The notes beneath the pieces were generated by a model that was not told the DNA's origin, searched no databases, and worked only from the letters and a program-made list of their open reading frames with translations. From Oculatellaceae cyanobacterium bins.114 (GTDB taxonomy: Bacteria > Cyanobacteriota > Cyanobacteriia > Elainellales > Elainellaceae): 64,000 nucleotides of DNA. The stretch is from positions 1 through 64,000 of the forward strand of contig JANRJA010000028.1 of NCBI GenBank assembly GCA_033764315.1, read 5' to 3'. The translations under genes and the position numbers were made by a program. Positions 9,896 through 21,236 of this stretch are shown in pieces (position 1 is the stretch's first letter; each line of letters begins with the position of its first letter).

Positions 9896-9928
9896 AAAAA
9901 TCCCCCGCCCAAAGGCAGGGGATTTTTT
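9896..9928 (-). terminator. Intrinsic terminator of psaAB (possibly bidirectional)
   Basis: AAAAATCCCC-CGCC-CAAA-GGCA-GGGGATTTTTT hairpin with A/T tails, about 30 bp after the psaB stop. Confidence 0.85.
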
Positions 9929-9956
9929 AGTTTAAGTGCCTACAGGAGCGATCGCG

Positions 9957-12185
9957 TTAACCGAATCGACTCGATGTTGAGGCAATCAAGAAGGCAGCAT
10001 AGGTGAGGATATAACCCACAGTAAAGTGAGCTAAACCAACCAAACGACCTTGAACGATGGACATTGCCACTGGCTTATCTTTCCAACGAACCAAGTTCGC
10101 CAAAGGAGTACGCTCGTGTGCCCAAACAAGGGTTTCGATCAACTCTTGCCAGTATCCTCTCCAGGAGATTAAGAACATGAAACCTGTTGCCCAAACGAGG
10201 TGTCCAAAGAGGAACATCCACGCCCAAACTGACAAGTTATTCATGCCATAGGGGTTGTACCCGTTAATCAACTGAGCAGAGTTGAGCCAGAGATAATCTC
10301 GCAGCCAACCCATGATAGTAACGGAGGTCTCGTTAAACTGAGCAACGTTGCCTTGCCATACACCGAGGTGCTTCCAGTGCCAGTAGAAGGTCACCCAACC
10401 CAATGTGTTGAGCATCCAAAACATAGCGAGATAGAAGGAATCCCAACAGGAGATGTCGCAAGTACCGCCACGACCAGGGCCATCGCAAGGGAAGCTATAG
10501 CCAAAGTCTTTCTTGTCAGGCATCAGCTTAGAACCACGCGCATCCAACGCACCTTTGACCAAGATCAAAGTGGTGGTGTGCAGACCCAGAGCGATCGCAT
10601 GATGAACCAGGAAGTCACCAGGTCCAATGGTCAAGAACAGAGAGTTCGTTCCACTGTTAATGGCATCTAACCAACCGGGTAGCCACACGTTGCCGTGATT
10701 AGGCCAAGCTGTGGTTGCAATGCTGTCAGGGTTAGACAACAGCGTGTCGAAACCATACAGCACTTTACCGTGAGCCGCTTGAATGAACTGTGCGAACACA
10801 GGTTCAATCAAGATTTGCTTTTCAGGAGTCGCAAACGCTTGCATCACGTCGTTGTGGACGTAAATACCCAGGGTGTGGAAGCCCAAGAACAGAGACACCC
10901 AGCTCAGGTGAGAGATGATCGCCTCTTTGTGATTGAGCACGCGATCTAACACGTTGCCCTTATTCTGAGCCGGATCGTAATCCCGCACCCAGAAGATTGC
11001 ACCGTGAGCAAACGCACCTACCATCAAGAACCCAGCGATGTACTGGTGATGAGTGTAAAGTGCTGCTTGAGTGGTGAAATCCTTCGCCATAAACGCGTAA
11101 GGAGGCAACGAATACATGTGCTGAGCCACCAGAGAGGTGATTACACCCAACGCTGCCAGGTGGATGCCCAACTGGAAGTGCAGCGAGTTGTTGTAGGTGT
11201 CATACAACCCCTGGTGAGGCAAGTTGAACTGACCTTCAGAGCGAGGGCTAAACAGACCTGCTTTAGAATCCAACATCTCTTTGATGCTGTGACCAATGCC
11301 AAAGTTGGTGCGGTACATGTGACCGGCAACGATGAATAGGACAGCGATCGCCAAGTGGTGGTGAGCAATATCGGTCAACCACAGAGACTCAGTTTGAGGA
11401 TGGAAGCCACCCAGAAAAGTCAGAATCGCGCTACCAGAACCTTCTGAAGTGCTGAACACATGATTCAGTGAATCAGGGTTCTCAGCGTACACACCCCAGT
11501 TGCCCGTAAAGAATGGGGCTAGACCAGCGGGGTGAGGTTTGACGGAGAGGAAGTTATCCCAACCGACGTGAACACCGCGAGACTCAGGAATCGCAACGTG
11601 AATCAAGTGACCTGCCCAAGCCAAAGAGCTAACCCCAAACAAACCAGCCAAGTGGTGATTGAGGCGTGACTCTGCGTTCTTAAACCAGGACAAGCTGGGG
11701 CGGAACTTAGGCTGGAGGTGCAACCAGCCTGCAAATAACAGAACGGCTGCCAAAATGAGCAGGAATACAGCACCCTGATACAGTTCGCCATTGGTTCGCA
11801 TACCAATGGTGTACCACCAGTGATAAACGCCAGAATAAGCGATGTTAACAGGGTTTGAAGCACCCGCTTGAGTGAAGGCATCTACAGCGGGTTTACCAAA
11901 GTGAGGGTCCCAAATCGCATGGGCGATCGGGCGGACGTGCAACGGGTCTTGAATCCATTGCTCAAAGTTACCTTGCCAGGCGACGTGGAACAGATTACCC
12001 GATGTCCACAAAAAGATGATTGCAATATGACCAAAGTGAGAAGCAAAAATCTTTTGATAAAGATTTTCCTCTGTCATTCCGTCATGGCTTTCAAAATCGT
12101 GGGCAGTGGCAATCCCATACCAGATCCGACGTGTAGTCGGGTCTTGAGCCAGGTCTTGGCTAAATTTGGGGAATTTTGTTGCCAT
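9957..12185 (-). CDS. psaB: Photosystem I P700 apoprotein A2
   Basis: [22 protein letters not shown] start; [15 protein letters not shown] loop; full length, 742 aa. Confidence 0.99.
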   Translation of the reverse strand: MATKFPKFSQDLAQDPTTRRIWYGIATAHDFESHDGMTEENLYQKIFASHFGHIAIIFLWTSGNLFHVAWQGNFEQWIQDPLHVRPIAHAIWDPHFGKPAVDAFTQAGASNPVNIAYSGVYHWWYTIGMRTNGELYQGAVFLLILAAVLLFAGWLHLQPKFRPSLSWFKNAESRLNHHLAGLFGVSSLAWAGHLIHVAIPESRGVHVGWDNFLSVKPHPAGLAPFFTGNWGVYAENPDSLNHVFSTSEGSGSAILTFLGGFHPQTESLWLTDIAHHHLAIAVLFIVAGHMYRTNFGIGHSIKEMLDSKAGLFSPRSEGQFNLPHQGLYDTYNNSLHFQLGIHLAALGVITSLVAQHMYSLPPYAFMAKDFTTQAALYTHHQYIAGFLMVGAFAHGAIFWVRDYDPAQNKGNVLDRVLNHKEAIISHLSWVSLFLGFHTLGIYVHNDVMQAFATPEKQILIEPVFAQFIQAAHGKVLYGFDTLLSNPDSIATTAWPNHGNVWLPGWLDAINSGTNSLFLTIGPGDFLVHHAIALGLHTTTLILVKGALDARGSKLMPDKKDFGYSFPCDGPGRGGTCDISCWDSFYLAMFWMLNTLGWVTFYWHWKHLGVWQGNVAQFNETSVTIMGWLRDYLWLNSAQLINGYNPYGMNNLSVWAWMFLFGHLVWATGFMFLISWRGYWQELIETLVWAHERTPLANLVRWKDKPVAMSIVQGRLVGLAHFTVGYILTYAAFLIASTSSRFG

Positions 12186-12276
12186 AAGTCTTAAATTGAT
12201 CTCCTCAATTCAGCCATCAGCGATCAGCAGAGCCAGAGATTTATCTTAGGAAATTTCTGACCGCCGATGCTGACCG

Positions 12277-14532
12277 CTAGCTTACTGCGATGATTCGAGC
12301 GAGGAAGAATGCCCAAGTGGTGACAATTCCTCCCAAGAGGTAGTGAGCTACCCCAACAGCCCGACCCTGAATAATGCTCAGAGCGCGAGGCTGAATTGCG
12401 GGGGCAACCTTCAGCTTGTTGTGGGCCCAAACAATGGACTCAATCAACTCTTGCCAGTAGCCACGACCACTAAACAAGAACATCAAGCTAAATGCCCAAA
12501 CGAAGTGTGCACCGAGGAACAGCAAGCCATAAGCTGACAACGCTGAACCATAGGAGCCGATCACCTGAGTCGCTTGTGCCCAGAGGAAGTCACGCAACCA
12601 ACCATTAATGGTGATGGCGCTCTGAGCAAAGTTACCGCCGGTAATGTGAGAAACGGAACCGTCCGCATTGACCGTACCCCACACATCTGACTGCATCTTC
12701 CAACTGAAGTGGAAAATAGCGATCGAGAGGGAGTTGTACATCCAGAACAGCCCTAAGAAGACGTGATCCCAACCAGAAACCTGGCAGGTGCCACCCCGAC
12801 CTGGACCGTCGCAGGGGAAGCGGAAGCCGAGTTGCGCCTTATCGGGGATGAGGCGAGAACTACGAGCAAACAGTACGCCCTTCAACAGAATCAGCACGGT
12901 GACGTGGATTGTAAAGGCATGGATGTGGTGCACCATGAAATCGGCTGTGCCGAGAGCAATTGGCATCATGGCAACCTTGCCACCAACAGCCACGACATCT
13001 CCACCGAACACAACACTAGCGGGAGCCAATGCATTTGGAGCGGTGCCACCCGGAGCCAGGGTATGAATGTTCTGAATCCACTGAGCAAATACAGGCTGAA
13101 GCTGAATTGCAGTGTCAGAGAACATGTCCTGAGGACGACCCAACGCACGCATGGTGTCGTTGTGGATGTATAAGCCGAAGCTGTGGAAGCCTAAGAAAAT
13201 GCAAACCCAGTTGAGGTGGGAGATGATGGCATCGCGGTGACGAATGACCCGATCGAGCAGGTTATTTTGGTTCACCTCAGGGTCATAGTCGCGCACCATG
13301 AAGATGGCACCATGAGCCGCAGCACCCACAATCAGGAAGCCTCCAATCCACATGTGATGCGTGAAGATGGAGAGTTGAGTGGGGTAGTCTGTCGCCAAAT
13401 AAGGATAAGGCGGCATGGAATACATGTGCTGCGCCACGATAATGGTCAACGAACCCAGCATTGCCAGGTTAATTGCCAATTGGGCGTGCCAGGAGGTAGT
13501 CAGAATCTCATAAAGACCCTTATGACCTTCTCCAGTGAAAGGACCTTTGTGCGCTTCTAAGATTTCCTTGATGCTGTGACCGATACCCCAGTTGGTGCGG
13601 TACATGTGACCTGCAATGATGAACAGGACAGCGATCGCCAAGTGGTGATGGGCTGTATCTGTCAACCATAGACCGCCAGTAACGGGGTTCAAGCCACCCT
13701 TAAAGGTGAGGAAATCAGAATATTCACCCCAATTCAGGGTAAAGAAAGGAGTCAACCCTTTCGCAAAGCTGGGATAAAGTTCTGCCATCAAACCTGAATT
13801 CAAAATGAATTCATGAGGCAGGGGAATGTCTTTAGGAGCAACCCCAGCATCCAACAGCTTATTGATAGGAAGAGATACATGAATTTGGTGACCTGCCCAG
13901 CCCAGTGAGCCGCAGCCCAATAGCACTGAGAGATGGTGATTCAGCATGGACTCCACATTCTGGAACCATTCCAGCTTGGGTGCCCGTTTGTGGTAATGGA
14001 ACCAGCCTGCAAACAACATCAGAGCAGCCATGACTAGACCACCGATTGCTGTTACATAGAGCTGGAACTCGTTAGTAATACCAGAGGCACGCCAAATTTG
14101 GAAAAATCCAGAGGTGACCTGAATCCCGTGGAAGCCACCACCTACATCTGCATTCAAAATTTCTTGTCCGACAATGGGCCAGACGACTTGAGCACTCGGT
14201 TTGATGTGCTATGGGTCACTGAGCCAAGCTTCATAGTTTGAAAAACGAGCGCCGTGGAAGTACATCCCGCTCAACCAGATGAACACCACAGCCAAATGAC
14301 CGAAGTGTGCACTGAAAATTTTGCGTGAAATGTCTTCTAGGTCACTGGTATGACTATCAAAATCGTGAGCGTCGGCGTGGAGGTTCCAAATCCAGGTTGT
14401 CGTTTTTGGACCTCTCGACAGGGTGCGATCGAAATGACCTGGCTTGGCCCACTTCTCAAATGAAGTAGGAACCGGATCATTGTCAACCACAACCCTGACT
14501 TTTGCCTCTCGCTCCCGTGGGGTAGTTGTCAT
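12277..14532 (-). pseudogene. psaA: Photosystem I P700 apoprotein A1, interrupted by an in-frame TAG at codon 108 (14209-14211)
   Basis: ATG at 14532 ([12 protein letters not shown]…) reads …[32 protein letters not shown]… in one frame to the stop at 12277. All other motifs ([13 protein letters not shown]) are intact. Typed pseudogene only because of this stop, which may be a sequence error. Confidence 0.9.
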
Positions 14533-14922
14533 CAGAGACTCTCCTCTCTCTAGACAAGGAACGATGGATATCCCTCTCCCCAAGCTCTACGTTCGGCAAC
14601 GACTCTCTTCTCAACCCATCCGTAAGTAGCAGATGTTTTATAACCAGGTTCATAAAACCTAGAGCGGGCACGTAACTTTTGTTAAGAGTTCGAGCTGTTT
14701 GAGAAGAGAAAGGGTCAATTCACTACTCTGAATGAAACGGAATAGTAGCCTGACCAAAACCGGGGGGGGTTTCCTAGAGATTATAAAGCGGTGCTGAATA
14801 CCACTTTAATCAGAGTTAACAATAATTCAAAGTGGGAAAATCTATATTTACTCTGCTTTTCAACTTTAGCCCTGAGCAGAAAGGGATTTATCAATCAAAT
14901 TTTGTTTACACATTGAAACATT
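14533..14922 (-). promoter_or_regulatory. psaA promoter and long structured 5' leader
   Basis: Minus-strand TATAAT near 14780-14785; hairpin GGTCA…CTACT…AGTAG…TGACC at about 14713-14755; HLR1-like (RpaB) direct repeat TTTACACA-TT-GAAACATT near 14905-14922. Confidence 0.45.
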
Positions 14923-15299
14923 CTATGATTCTGATAGAGATATATAGAGGATTTAACTTAAGTTTTGTTTGATTACAGCTCATGTGAAAATGCTAAATCT
15001 CTTTGAGAGCAAGGATTTTGGCGGATTTAGGTGACAGATCAGTGATCAAGAGCTAACGTTGCCAATTTCTCAAGGCTTGCCAAAATAGCACTTTTTTACC
15101 ATTTAAATTTGCTTAGGTGGCATTTCTAAAAAATAATTTTGTAGTTACAAAACTATTGATAAACAAATATAAATAATCTCTCAAAAAGCTATCAACTTAG
15201 TGTACTCACGGTTTTTTCAATTTTGTCTATAGACTTTTTACTTGGGATTCAGCATTCAGCATTGGCTCTTTATATATGCAGTCCTACAAACTACTTGAG

Positions 15300-16103
15300 T
15301 TAGACGGCTCGGCTACCCTTGGGGGCATAATTGCCCAACCACTCTAAAGTTGGGTTCAGCTCAAATAAAGTTGCTTTTACCATGCCAATCAAGAGGCTCC
15401 GTCGTTGAAAACGGTGTTTGCGATCGCTAGCGGCTTGTTGTTGCCCTGCTTTATAAGCATCCCAGGAAACATCTGTCATCACGGTAATAGCCAGATCGTT
15501 GACCATTTTTTGGCGAAACTTGACATGAATTTGCAGCAAGTCTTCCAGGCTGGTGTTGGGGTGATAAATTCCTACGTTTTGAGGGTTTCGCCATAGTAAG
15601 GAAATACTGCTGCTTGAGATTAAATCTCCTCTGACATGGGCCAACGTCCAATTTTGAGACAGGTTACTCAAAATGACTGGATTAGCGTTAATCATTTTTC
15701 CATCTGCTCCAAATATTTGCCCGACTTCGGCAAAGCAATAGTGCTGAGGATGGGCGAAGCAGCGTGCTAAGCCTGACGTGGGTTGCAGCGCATAATCTTG
15801 TAAGTGGACAAAGCCAAGGGCTTCTAGCTCTTTTGTCTGTTGTTCTAGCACAGCAACATCAAGCTGAAAGGCAAAGTCATTGGGAGTGACGGGTTGAAAG
15901 TCTAATTGATCAGGGAGCGATCGCATCAGTTTTTGTTTAATGCTGTGCACCTCCCACCCTGTAAAAAACAGCATGATGGCGGCAGCGAGAACCCCATTTT
16001 GCCACCCTGAAAAATACACCACTAAACCTGTGACTAAAGCTGCCCAAAATAAGCTGCTGCCGATCACAAACCAAAACTGTTGAATGCCGCTACTCAGTCT
16101 CAT
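15300..16103 (-). CDS. Hypothetical membrane-anchored protein
   Basis: 267-aa ORF with ATG start and two N-terminal TM helices. Confidence 0.75.
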   Translation of the reverse strand: MRLSSGIQQFWFVIGSSLFWAALVTGLVVYFSGWQNGVLAAAIMLFFTGWEVHSIKQKLMRSLPDQLDFQPVTPNDFAFQLDVAVLEQQTKELEALGFVHLQDYALQPTSGLARCFAHPQHYCFAEVGQIFGADGKMINANPVILSNLSQNWTLAHVRGDLISSSSISLLWRNPQNVGIYHPNTSLEDLLQIHVKFRQKMVNDLAITVMTDVSWDAYKAGQQQAASDRKHRFQRRSLLIGMVKATLFELNPTLEWLGNYAPKGSRAV

Positions 16104-16208
16104 GGGGGCTACCTGTGAATTGTGGGAACATTCGGAGGCTTTATCCGATATAGTGCCCTATGAGCAGACTTTAAATAAAGACAGGGTTGATGCCCAGGAG
16201 TGGCTTAG

Positions 16209-18167
16209 GTGTTTTGCAGACATTGGTGGTGGAGCAACGTAAAACAAGTCTTGGCAATCGTGCTGGTAATGCTAGTCGGTTTGACAACAGCAGGGTGTGG
16301 CAATCACCCCGTCACACGCACTAGTGCCCCCAGTGAGTCTGCCATCTTGACAAATAGGCTCACGGAGGTAGCTCCGCCCGCAACAATTCAAGCCCTGCGG
16401 CAGGCGTTAGAAGCCTATCAGCCCCAAGTCAAAATTCTCAGTCCCCGATCGAATGATGTAATCCAGAGCGATCGCCTCTCAGTAAGGTTTCAGGTCAAAG
16501 ACTTACCCCTCTTTAAAGATGAGGAACTGGGTTTAGGCCCCCACCTGCATGTTTTCCTAGATAACCAACCTTATACAGCGGTTTACAACACCGAGGAGCC
16601 TCTCGTCTTTGAGAATCTGACTCCAGGGACTCATACTATTCGAGCTTTTGCCTCTCGACCCTGGCATGAAAGCTTTAAAAATGAAGGTGCTTTTGCTCAA
16701 ACCACGTTTCACGTTTACACCAAAACGCCTGATAATCTGCCCGACCCCACTCAACCTCTATTAACTTACAGCCGACCTCAAGGGAGTTATGGGGCAGAGC
16801 CAATTTTATTAGATTTTTATTTGACAAATGCTCCCCTGCATCTGATTGCTCAGGAACGATCAGACGATGAAATTCGAGATTGGAAAGTGCGCTGCACTGT
16901 CAATGGACAAAGCTTTACCTTTAATGCCTGGGAAGCCATCTACTTAAAAGGTTTGAAACCAGGTAAAAACTGGGTGCAGTTAGAACTGCTCGATGAAAAC
17001 AACAATCCGTTTAACAACACTTTTAATAACACCGTTCGCGTGGTGACCTACGAGCCTGATGGAGATGATACCCTCTCTAAATTAGTCAGAGGTGATCTAT
17101 CTGAGGCTGAAGCGCGTGGCATGGTTGACCCCAACTACGTTCCTGAGTTGCCTACCCCTGAGCTACCTGCTCCTGAACCTACTCCTGAACTCACTCCAAC
17201 CCCCGTTCCTGAGGCTGACACCGCTCCAGCCCCCCTTCCTAGTCCTGAATCGGTTGTAACTCCTGATTCGGCAGCAGAGCAGACGGAACTGGAACCCTTA
17301 ACCACTGACATTGAAGAAAATCCTGTAACCGAGCCAAAAGAAGAGGCTGAGCCACAAGAGCCTGAACCAGTAGCTCCGCCTCCAACAGAACCCCCAAGCG
17401 AATCTTTGGAAGAGAGTCCTCCATCTGAGCCGACTGAAGGGGAAACTCCAGTCGCGCCCACGCCACCATCTGAACCTGTCAAAGCCAGAGGATTTTTTGA
17501 TCGCTTCAAGCGGCGTGCTCCAGCCTCAACTCCTGCCCCGGTCATGACTCCTGCTCCTGCCCCGACTGAGTCAGAGCCTCTCATTGAACCCAATACTGAG
17601 GAAGCTGCTGACGCCAAAATTGAGTCATCTGACACTGAGTCATCTGATACTGGGGCATCTCAAGAAGAGCCTAGTGTGGAGGAACGGGTTCCTGTATCTC
17701 CGGCACCAGAGACGGCAGTGCCCGCTCCACCATCGTCTGAACCACCACCGTCTGAACCAGCGGCGACCGAGACGGTAGCACCCGATAGAGACACAAGAGA
17801 CACACCTGATGTTGAGGAGGTGCTTGCTGCGCCAACCGTCACATTTGAAGAGAGAGCGGCGGAGAGTTCAGCGGTTGAATCTAACTCAGACGAAACTCCT
17901 ACACTCGATTCTTTACCCGAAAAGTCAGAACCAACCCCTGCTGGGACAGAGCCAAAGCGACCCAGTGGGGAGATCTCGAAGCGATCGCCCGTTCAAGAAT
18001 TTTTTAATCGGTTTCGTTCCCCTGCCCCGGCTCGTCGTGCGGTTGCCCCACCTCCTGCTTCCCCTGAGATTCCGGAGGTGATTGAAATTCCTGAACCTGT
18101 GCTAGAAGTGCCCGATGCAGTTGTCCCTGATTCAGACTCCTCGCCTGAGTTAGGTCAAGAGGGCTAA
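16209..18167 (+). CDS. Lipoprotein-like protein with conserved N-terminal domains and a Pro/Glu-rich disordered tail
   Basis: Lipobox-like LTTAGC; GLGPHLHVFLDNQPY…RAFASRPWHESFKN domain; low-complexity PE-rich C-half. Start uncertain. Confidence 0.8.
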   Translation: MFCRHWWWSNVKQVLAIVLVMLVGLTTAGCGNHPVTRTSAPSESAILTNRLTEVAPPATIQALRQALEAYQPQVKILSPRSNDVIQSDRLSVRFQVKDLPLFKDEELGLGPHLHVFLDNQPYTAVYNTEEPLVFENLTPGTHTIRAFASRPWHESFKNEGAFAQTTFHVYTKTPDNLPDPTQPLLTYSRPQGSYGAEPILLDFYLTNAPLHLIAQERSDDEIRDWKVRCTVNGQSFTFNAWEAIYLKGLKPGKNWVQLELLDENNNPFNNTFNNTVRVVTYEPDGDDTLSKLVRGDLSEAEARGMVDPNYVPELPTPELPAPEPTPELTPTPVPEADTAPAPLPSPESVVTPDSAAEQTELEPLTTDIEENPVTEPKEEAEPQEPEPVAPPPTEPPSESLEESPPSEPTEGETPVAPTPPSEPVKARGFFDRFKRRAPASTPAPVMTPAPAPTESEPLIEPNTEEAADAKIESSDTESSDTGASQEEPSVEERVPVSPAPETAVPAPPSSEPPPSEPAATETVAPDRDTRDTPDVEEVLAAPTVTFEERAAESSAVESNSDETPTLDSLPEKSEPTPAGTEPKRPSGEISKRSPVQEFFNRFRSPAPARRAVAPPPASPEIPEVIEIPEPVLEVPDAVVPDSDSSPELGQEG

Positions 18168-19021
18168 AGGGTGGGGGAAGAGAGAATCTGGAGAATCTTA
18201 CTAACATTATCTAAATCGCCCACAATTCGCCGTACTGGAGGAGGATAGACCTTGACAAGGGTTGGAGTAGCGGCAATTTGGTCACTCTCTGCCATATCAG
18301 GGTGTTTGTAAATATCTACGACTTTGAGCGTGTAGGGATGTTTGAGCGATCGCTCTAGTAATTGGTGTAGGTGCTGCAAAATTCGCTCGGTGGCTGCGCT
18401 ATTGCCCGAAACATAGAGCCGCAACACATAGCCCTGTGTTGTCGGTGTCACTGCCACAGGAGACCACAAAAGATTTGAGCTTTTAGAGTGAGGTTGAGCA
18501 GTGCTGGCTTTAATCTGATCCAGCTGTACGACTAACTCATGGTTTTTCCACAGTTGAGGAAATTGGTTTTGATACGTGGAGATGACAACCGGATCACACA
18601 TATCCTCCAACCCTGGAATGGCTTGCCAAATGACATCGTCAAGCCCAAAGATGGCATTCAGCAGCCCTTGATAGCGCAACACTAGAGGCGATGCCTCTGC
18701 ATAAGTTTCAATCTGTTGAGTCTGAGGATTGAGCCACCGATCGACCGTAGCTGCATAAAACGGAGATAAAAAGTGAGGTAACTCGCCAAGTCCTAACATC
18801 TCTTGCAACGTCGCACACAGTTGCACATGCCAGCGATCGCGCTTGTGGGGGTCAATGCAATACACTAAGTCTCCACCTGGAGTAAATAGCGCAATGCCCT
18901 TAAAAATCTCGGAGTGATGAGTAGTTGAGGACGAATAAACCACAGAACTCACAGTTTTAATTGCTCTAAAGATGTATTGGTGATGAGTTGAGGTGGCTAT
19001 GACAGGCTTTGCCTGCCACAT
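18164..19021 (-). CDS. KaiB-like domain protein with a large N-terminal domain
   Basis: C-terminal GYVLRLYVSG…YTLKVVDI…AESDQIAATPTLVKVYPPPVRRIVGDL is the KaiB fold; true start probably downstream of 19021. Confidence 0.85.
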   Translation of the reverse strand: MWQAKPVIATSTHHQYIFRAIKTVSSVVYSSSTTHHSEIFKGIALFTPGGDLVYCIDPHKRDRWHVQLCATLQEMLGLGELPHFLSPFYAATVDRWLNPQTQQIETYAEASPLVLRYQGLLNAIFGLDDVIWQAIPGLEDMCDPVVISTYQNQFPQLWKNHELVVQLDQIKASTAQPHSKSSNLLWSPVAVTPTTQGYVLRLYVSGNSAATERILQHLHQLLERSLKHPYTLKVVDIYKHPDMAESDQIAATPTLVKVYPPPVRRIVGDLDNVSKILQILSSPTL

Positions 19022-19037
19022 CTAAAGCACTAACATG

Positions 19038-19069
19038 AAAAATGCGGATGCCTTTTTTAAGCACCCGCA
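19038..19069 (-). terminator. Intrinsic terminator after pilT
   Basis: TGCGGATGC…GCACCCGCA stem followed by a T-run on the minus strand. Confidence 0.6.
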
Positions 19070-19094
19070 CCACACTCATGAGTTTTCAGGCAGA

Positions 19095-20444
19095 TTAAAC
19101 ACGACCTCTGAGGATCTGAGCCATTTCATTGGGTTTAGGCGACATTTCGAGAGCTGTTTCTTCGGTGATGCGCCCCGCTTCATAGAGTTTATAGAGGGAC
19201 TGATTCATCGTACACATGCCGTCAAAGGTACAGCGGGGGATGATTGCCTCAATTTCGTCAATCTCACCCTTACGGATATAGTCGCGAATGGCGTCAGTGT
19301 TGATCATGATGTCGTGGAATGCTGCCCGTTTGCCGTCGGTAGTCCGACATAGTCCTTGAGCAATAACCGCCACCAAAGATTCAGCGATCGCCACCCGCAT
19401 GGGAGCTTGCTGATCAGGGGGATAGAGGTTGAGAATCCGCTCAATTGTTTTAACCGCACTGTTGGTGTGCAGCGTTCCCATGACAAGGTGTCCAGTTTGA
19501 GCGGCTTTGAGGGCGGTGTTCACCGTTTCCTGGTCCCGCATTTCACCCACCAGAATGATGTCAGGGTCTTCCCGCAAAGACGCTTTCAAGGCATTGTCAA
19601 ACTTTAGGGTATGCATCCCGACTTCCCGCTGTTTGATCAACGATTTTTGGCTTTTGTGCACAAATTCAATCGGGTCTTCAATGGTGATGATGTTTTTGGG
19701 CATCTCCTTGTTGATGTAATCAATCATGGCTGCCATAGTAGTCGATTTACCAGAACCCGTAGGGCCAGTTACCAACACCAACCCCTTGTGATAATGGCAA
19801 ATATCTTTAAACACGGCTGGCAAATTTAATTGCTCCATCGTCAAGATCTTGACGGGAATCAGACGCAACACCATCGCAGGACCGCGCATCGTATCAAAGA
19901 TGTTGATCCGCACGCGGGCAAAGTCATATTGGGCTGCACCGTCAAAATCAAGCTTGTCTTTAAACCGTTTGATGTCTTCGTCTGACATCAATTCTTCTAG
20001 CCAGCTAAAGAAAGTGGATTGGTCAGTGGTGGGATATTCGGTGATAGCAATTTCGCCTCGGTTACGGAAGCGAGGCACTTCACCCACCCCAGCATGAACG
20101 TCAGAGAAACCCTTGTCATAAGCCTCTTTGATCAGTTGCTCCATCGTTGGATGCCCTGGACTTGGCTTATTGCGACTGGTGCTTTGCATGGGTGGCGGCG
20201 CAGCAGGGCGATGTCCCGCAGGTGGGGGTGGTGCAGGGGGCATTTTAGCCGCCTGATGCGCAGGCATCGTAGGATTTGCTGCCGCACTCGGATTGACAGA
20301 GGTTGAAGGGGGAGTGGCGACGGTTTGCGGGGGCATCATTTGGGTTGACCCGACAGAGGCAGCCGCAGACCCTGATCTGGGAGGAGGCGGAGGGGGAGTA
20401 CGGGGAGCGGGTGGGGGCGTAAGCGGTCGTTGTGCGTCTGTCAT
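19095..20444 (-). CDS. pilT: Type IV pilus retraction ATPase, PilT2-like (Pro-rich N-terminus)
   Basis: GPTGSGKST Walker A, ITIEDPIE, LREDPDIILVGEMRD, TGHLVMGTLHT. Confidence 0.95.
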   Translation of the reverse strand: MTDAQRPLTPPPAPRTPPPPPPRSGSAAASVGSTQMMPPQTVATPPSTSVNPSAAANPTMPAHQAAKMPPAPPPPAGHRPAAPPPMQSTSRNKPSPGHPTMEQLIKEAYDKGFSDVHAGVGEVPRFRNRGEIAITEYPTTDQSTFFSWLEELMSDEDIKRFKDKLDFDGAAQYDFARVRINIFDTMRGPAMVLRLIPVKILTMEQLNLPAVFKDICHYHKGLVLVTGPTGSGKSTTMAAMIDYINKEMPKNIITIEDPIEFVHKSQKSLIKQREVGMHTLKFDNALKASLREDPDIILVGEMRDQETVNTALKAAQTGHLVMGTLHTNSAVKTIERILNLYPPDQQAPMRVAIAESLVAVIAQGLCRTTDGKRAAFHDIMINTDAIRDYIRKGEIDEIEAIIPRCTFDGMCTMNQSLYKLYEAGRITEETALEMSPKPNEMAQILRGRV

Positions 20445-20663
20445 AGACCAATTCTCAATGATAAGGATTGTGCTACAAGTGATAGCTTCAAGGGAAGATG
20501 ATTTAAGTGTGGAGCTGATGCAATGCCTATGCTGCTATTCTGCCTGGAATTACAAAAAATGCAAACCAGCAGTTTATAGCGTTTCTCTACTTATATCTGC
20601 TTTTCTTGAAAAACCTTCACCTTCTTTAGGGTTCCATAGCGATCGCCAAATTGCTGAGGATCT

Positions 20664-20867
20664 TTAGAGAGTGTCTTAAAAGTCTGGATTTGGGCAGCAT
20701 GAACGACTCAAGTCGCAGACCTTGGCGTGAGCCTCAGCCGAACGCTACAAGCACAAAACCTGCCTCCGCAGGAGACAGAAAGCCTGAATCGGCTTGAGTC
20801 TGCAACGGCGGGCTTGGTTGTTGTAGTCGCGGTTTTAGCTGCCAAAAACTGCTTAGATATCTTCTAA
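20664..20867. mobile_element. Degenerate MITE-like element containing a multi-hairpin repeat (copy A, about 20723-20845, minus orientation)
   Basis: Imperfect terminal IRs TTAGAGAGTGTCT…/…AGATATCTTCTAA. The interior reverse-complement starts TGGCAGCTAAAACCGCGACTAC, matching 27583 and 56251. Confidence 0.5.
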
Positions 20868-21236
20868 TCAGAAGATGATAGAGGCTTTCGCCCAGTTAAA
20901 GCTTTTCCTCTGCCACCCTGCCCTAAGTGAAATGTCTACCGCTATGGTTCTTTTTAAGGTTGCCCAGAGCTACAGAATCGTTATCAATTTGGATCAATTT
21001 AGACCAACTTAAATCGATATTTCCGGTGTAATAGCTAAATCTCTCTAAATTCACATCTCTGATTCAGATTTAGATTCAAACCTTGCTAGACCAGGATAGG
21101 ACGTAATAGTTCGATACAGTTGAGTGAAGTTTTTCTAATTTGAATTGAGAAAGCGATAAACCTGATCCCCGAATTCCATTAGAGTGAGAGAAGACTATTA
21201 GATCCCAATTTAACCACTCGAAAGGTATTTCTTCCT

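Noticed and set aside
10057-13560. Several plus-strand ORFs antisense to psaA/psaB
   Set aside because: Shadow ORFs arising from the codon bias of highly conserved genes; no independent coding features.
14209-14211. Pyrrolysine or genome-wide TAG reassignment
   Set aside because: TAG is the normal stop of psaA, dxs, mtnA and ycf35 here; no pyl genes are seen in the window.
9957-14532. Far-red-light (FaRLiP) psaA2/psaB2 copy
   Set aside because: The sequences look like canonical PSI subunits, and no rfpABC, chlF or apc/psb paralogues flank them.
14209-14583. Separate 124-aa gene starting at 14583
   Set aside because: This is the N-terminal part of psaA; the true start is the ATG at 14532, preceded by a purine-rich GAGGAG SD.
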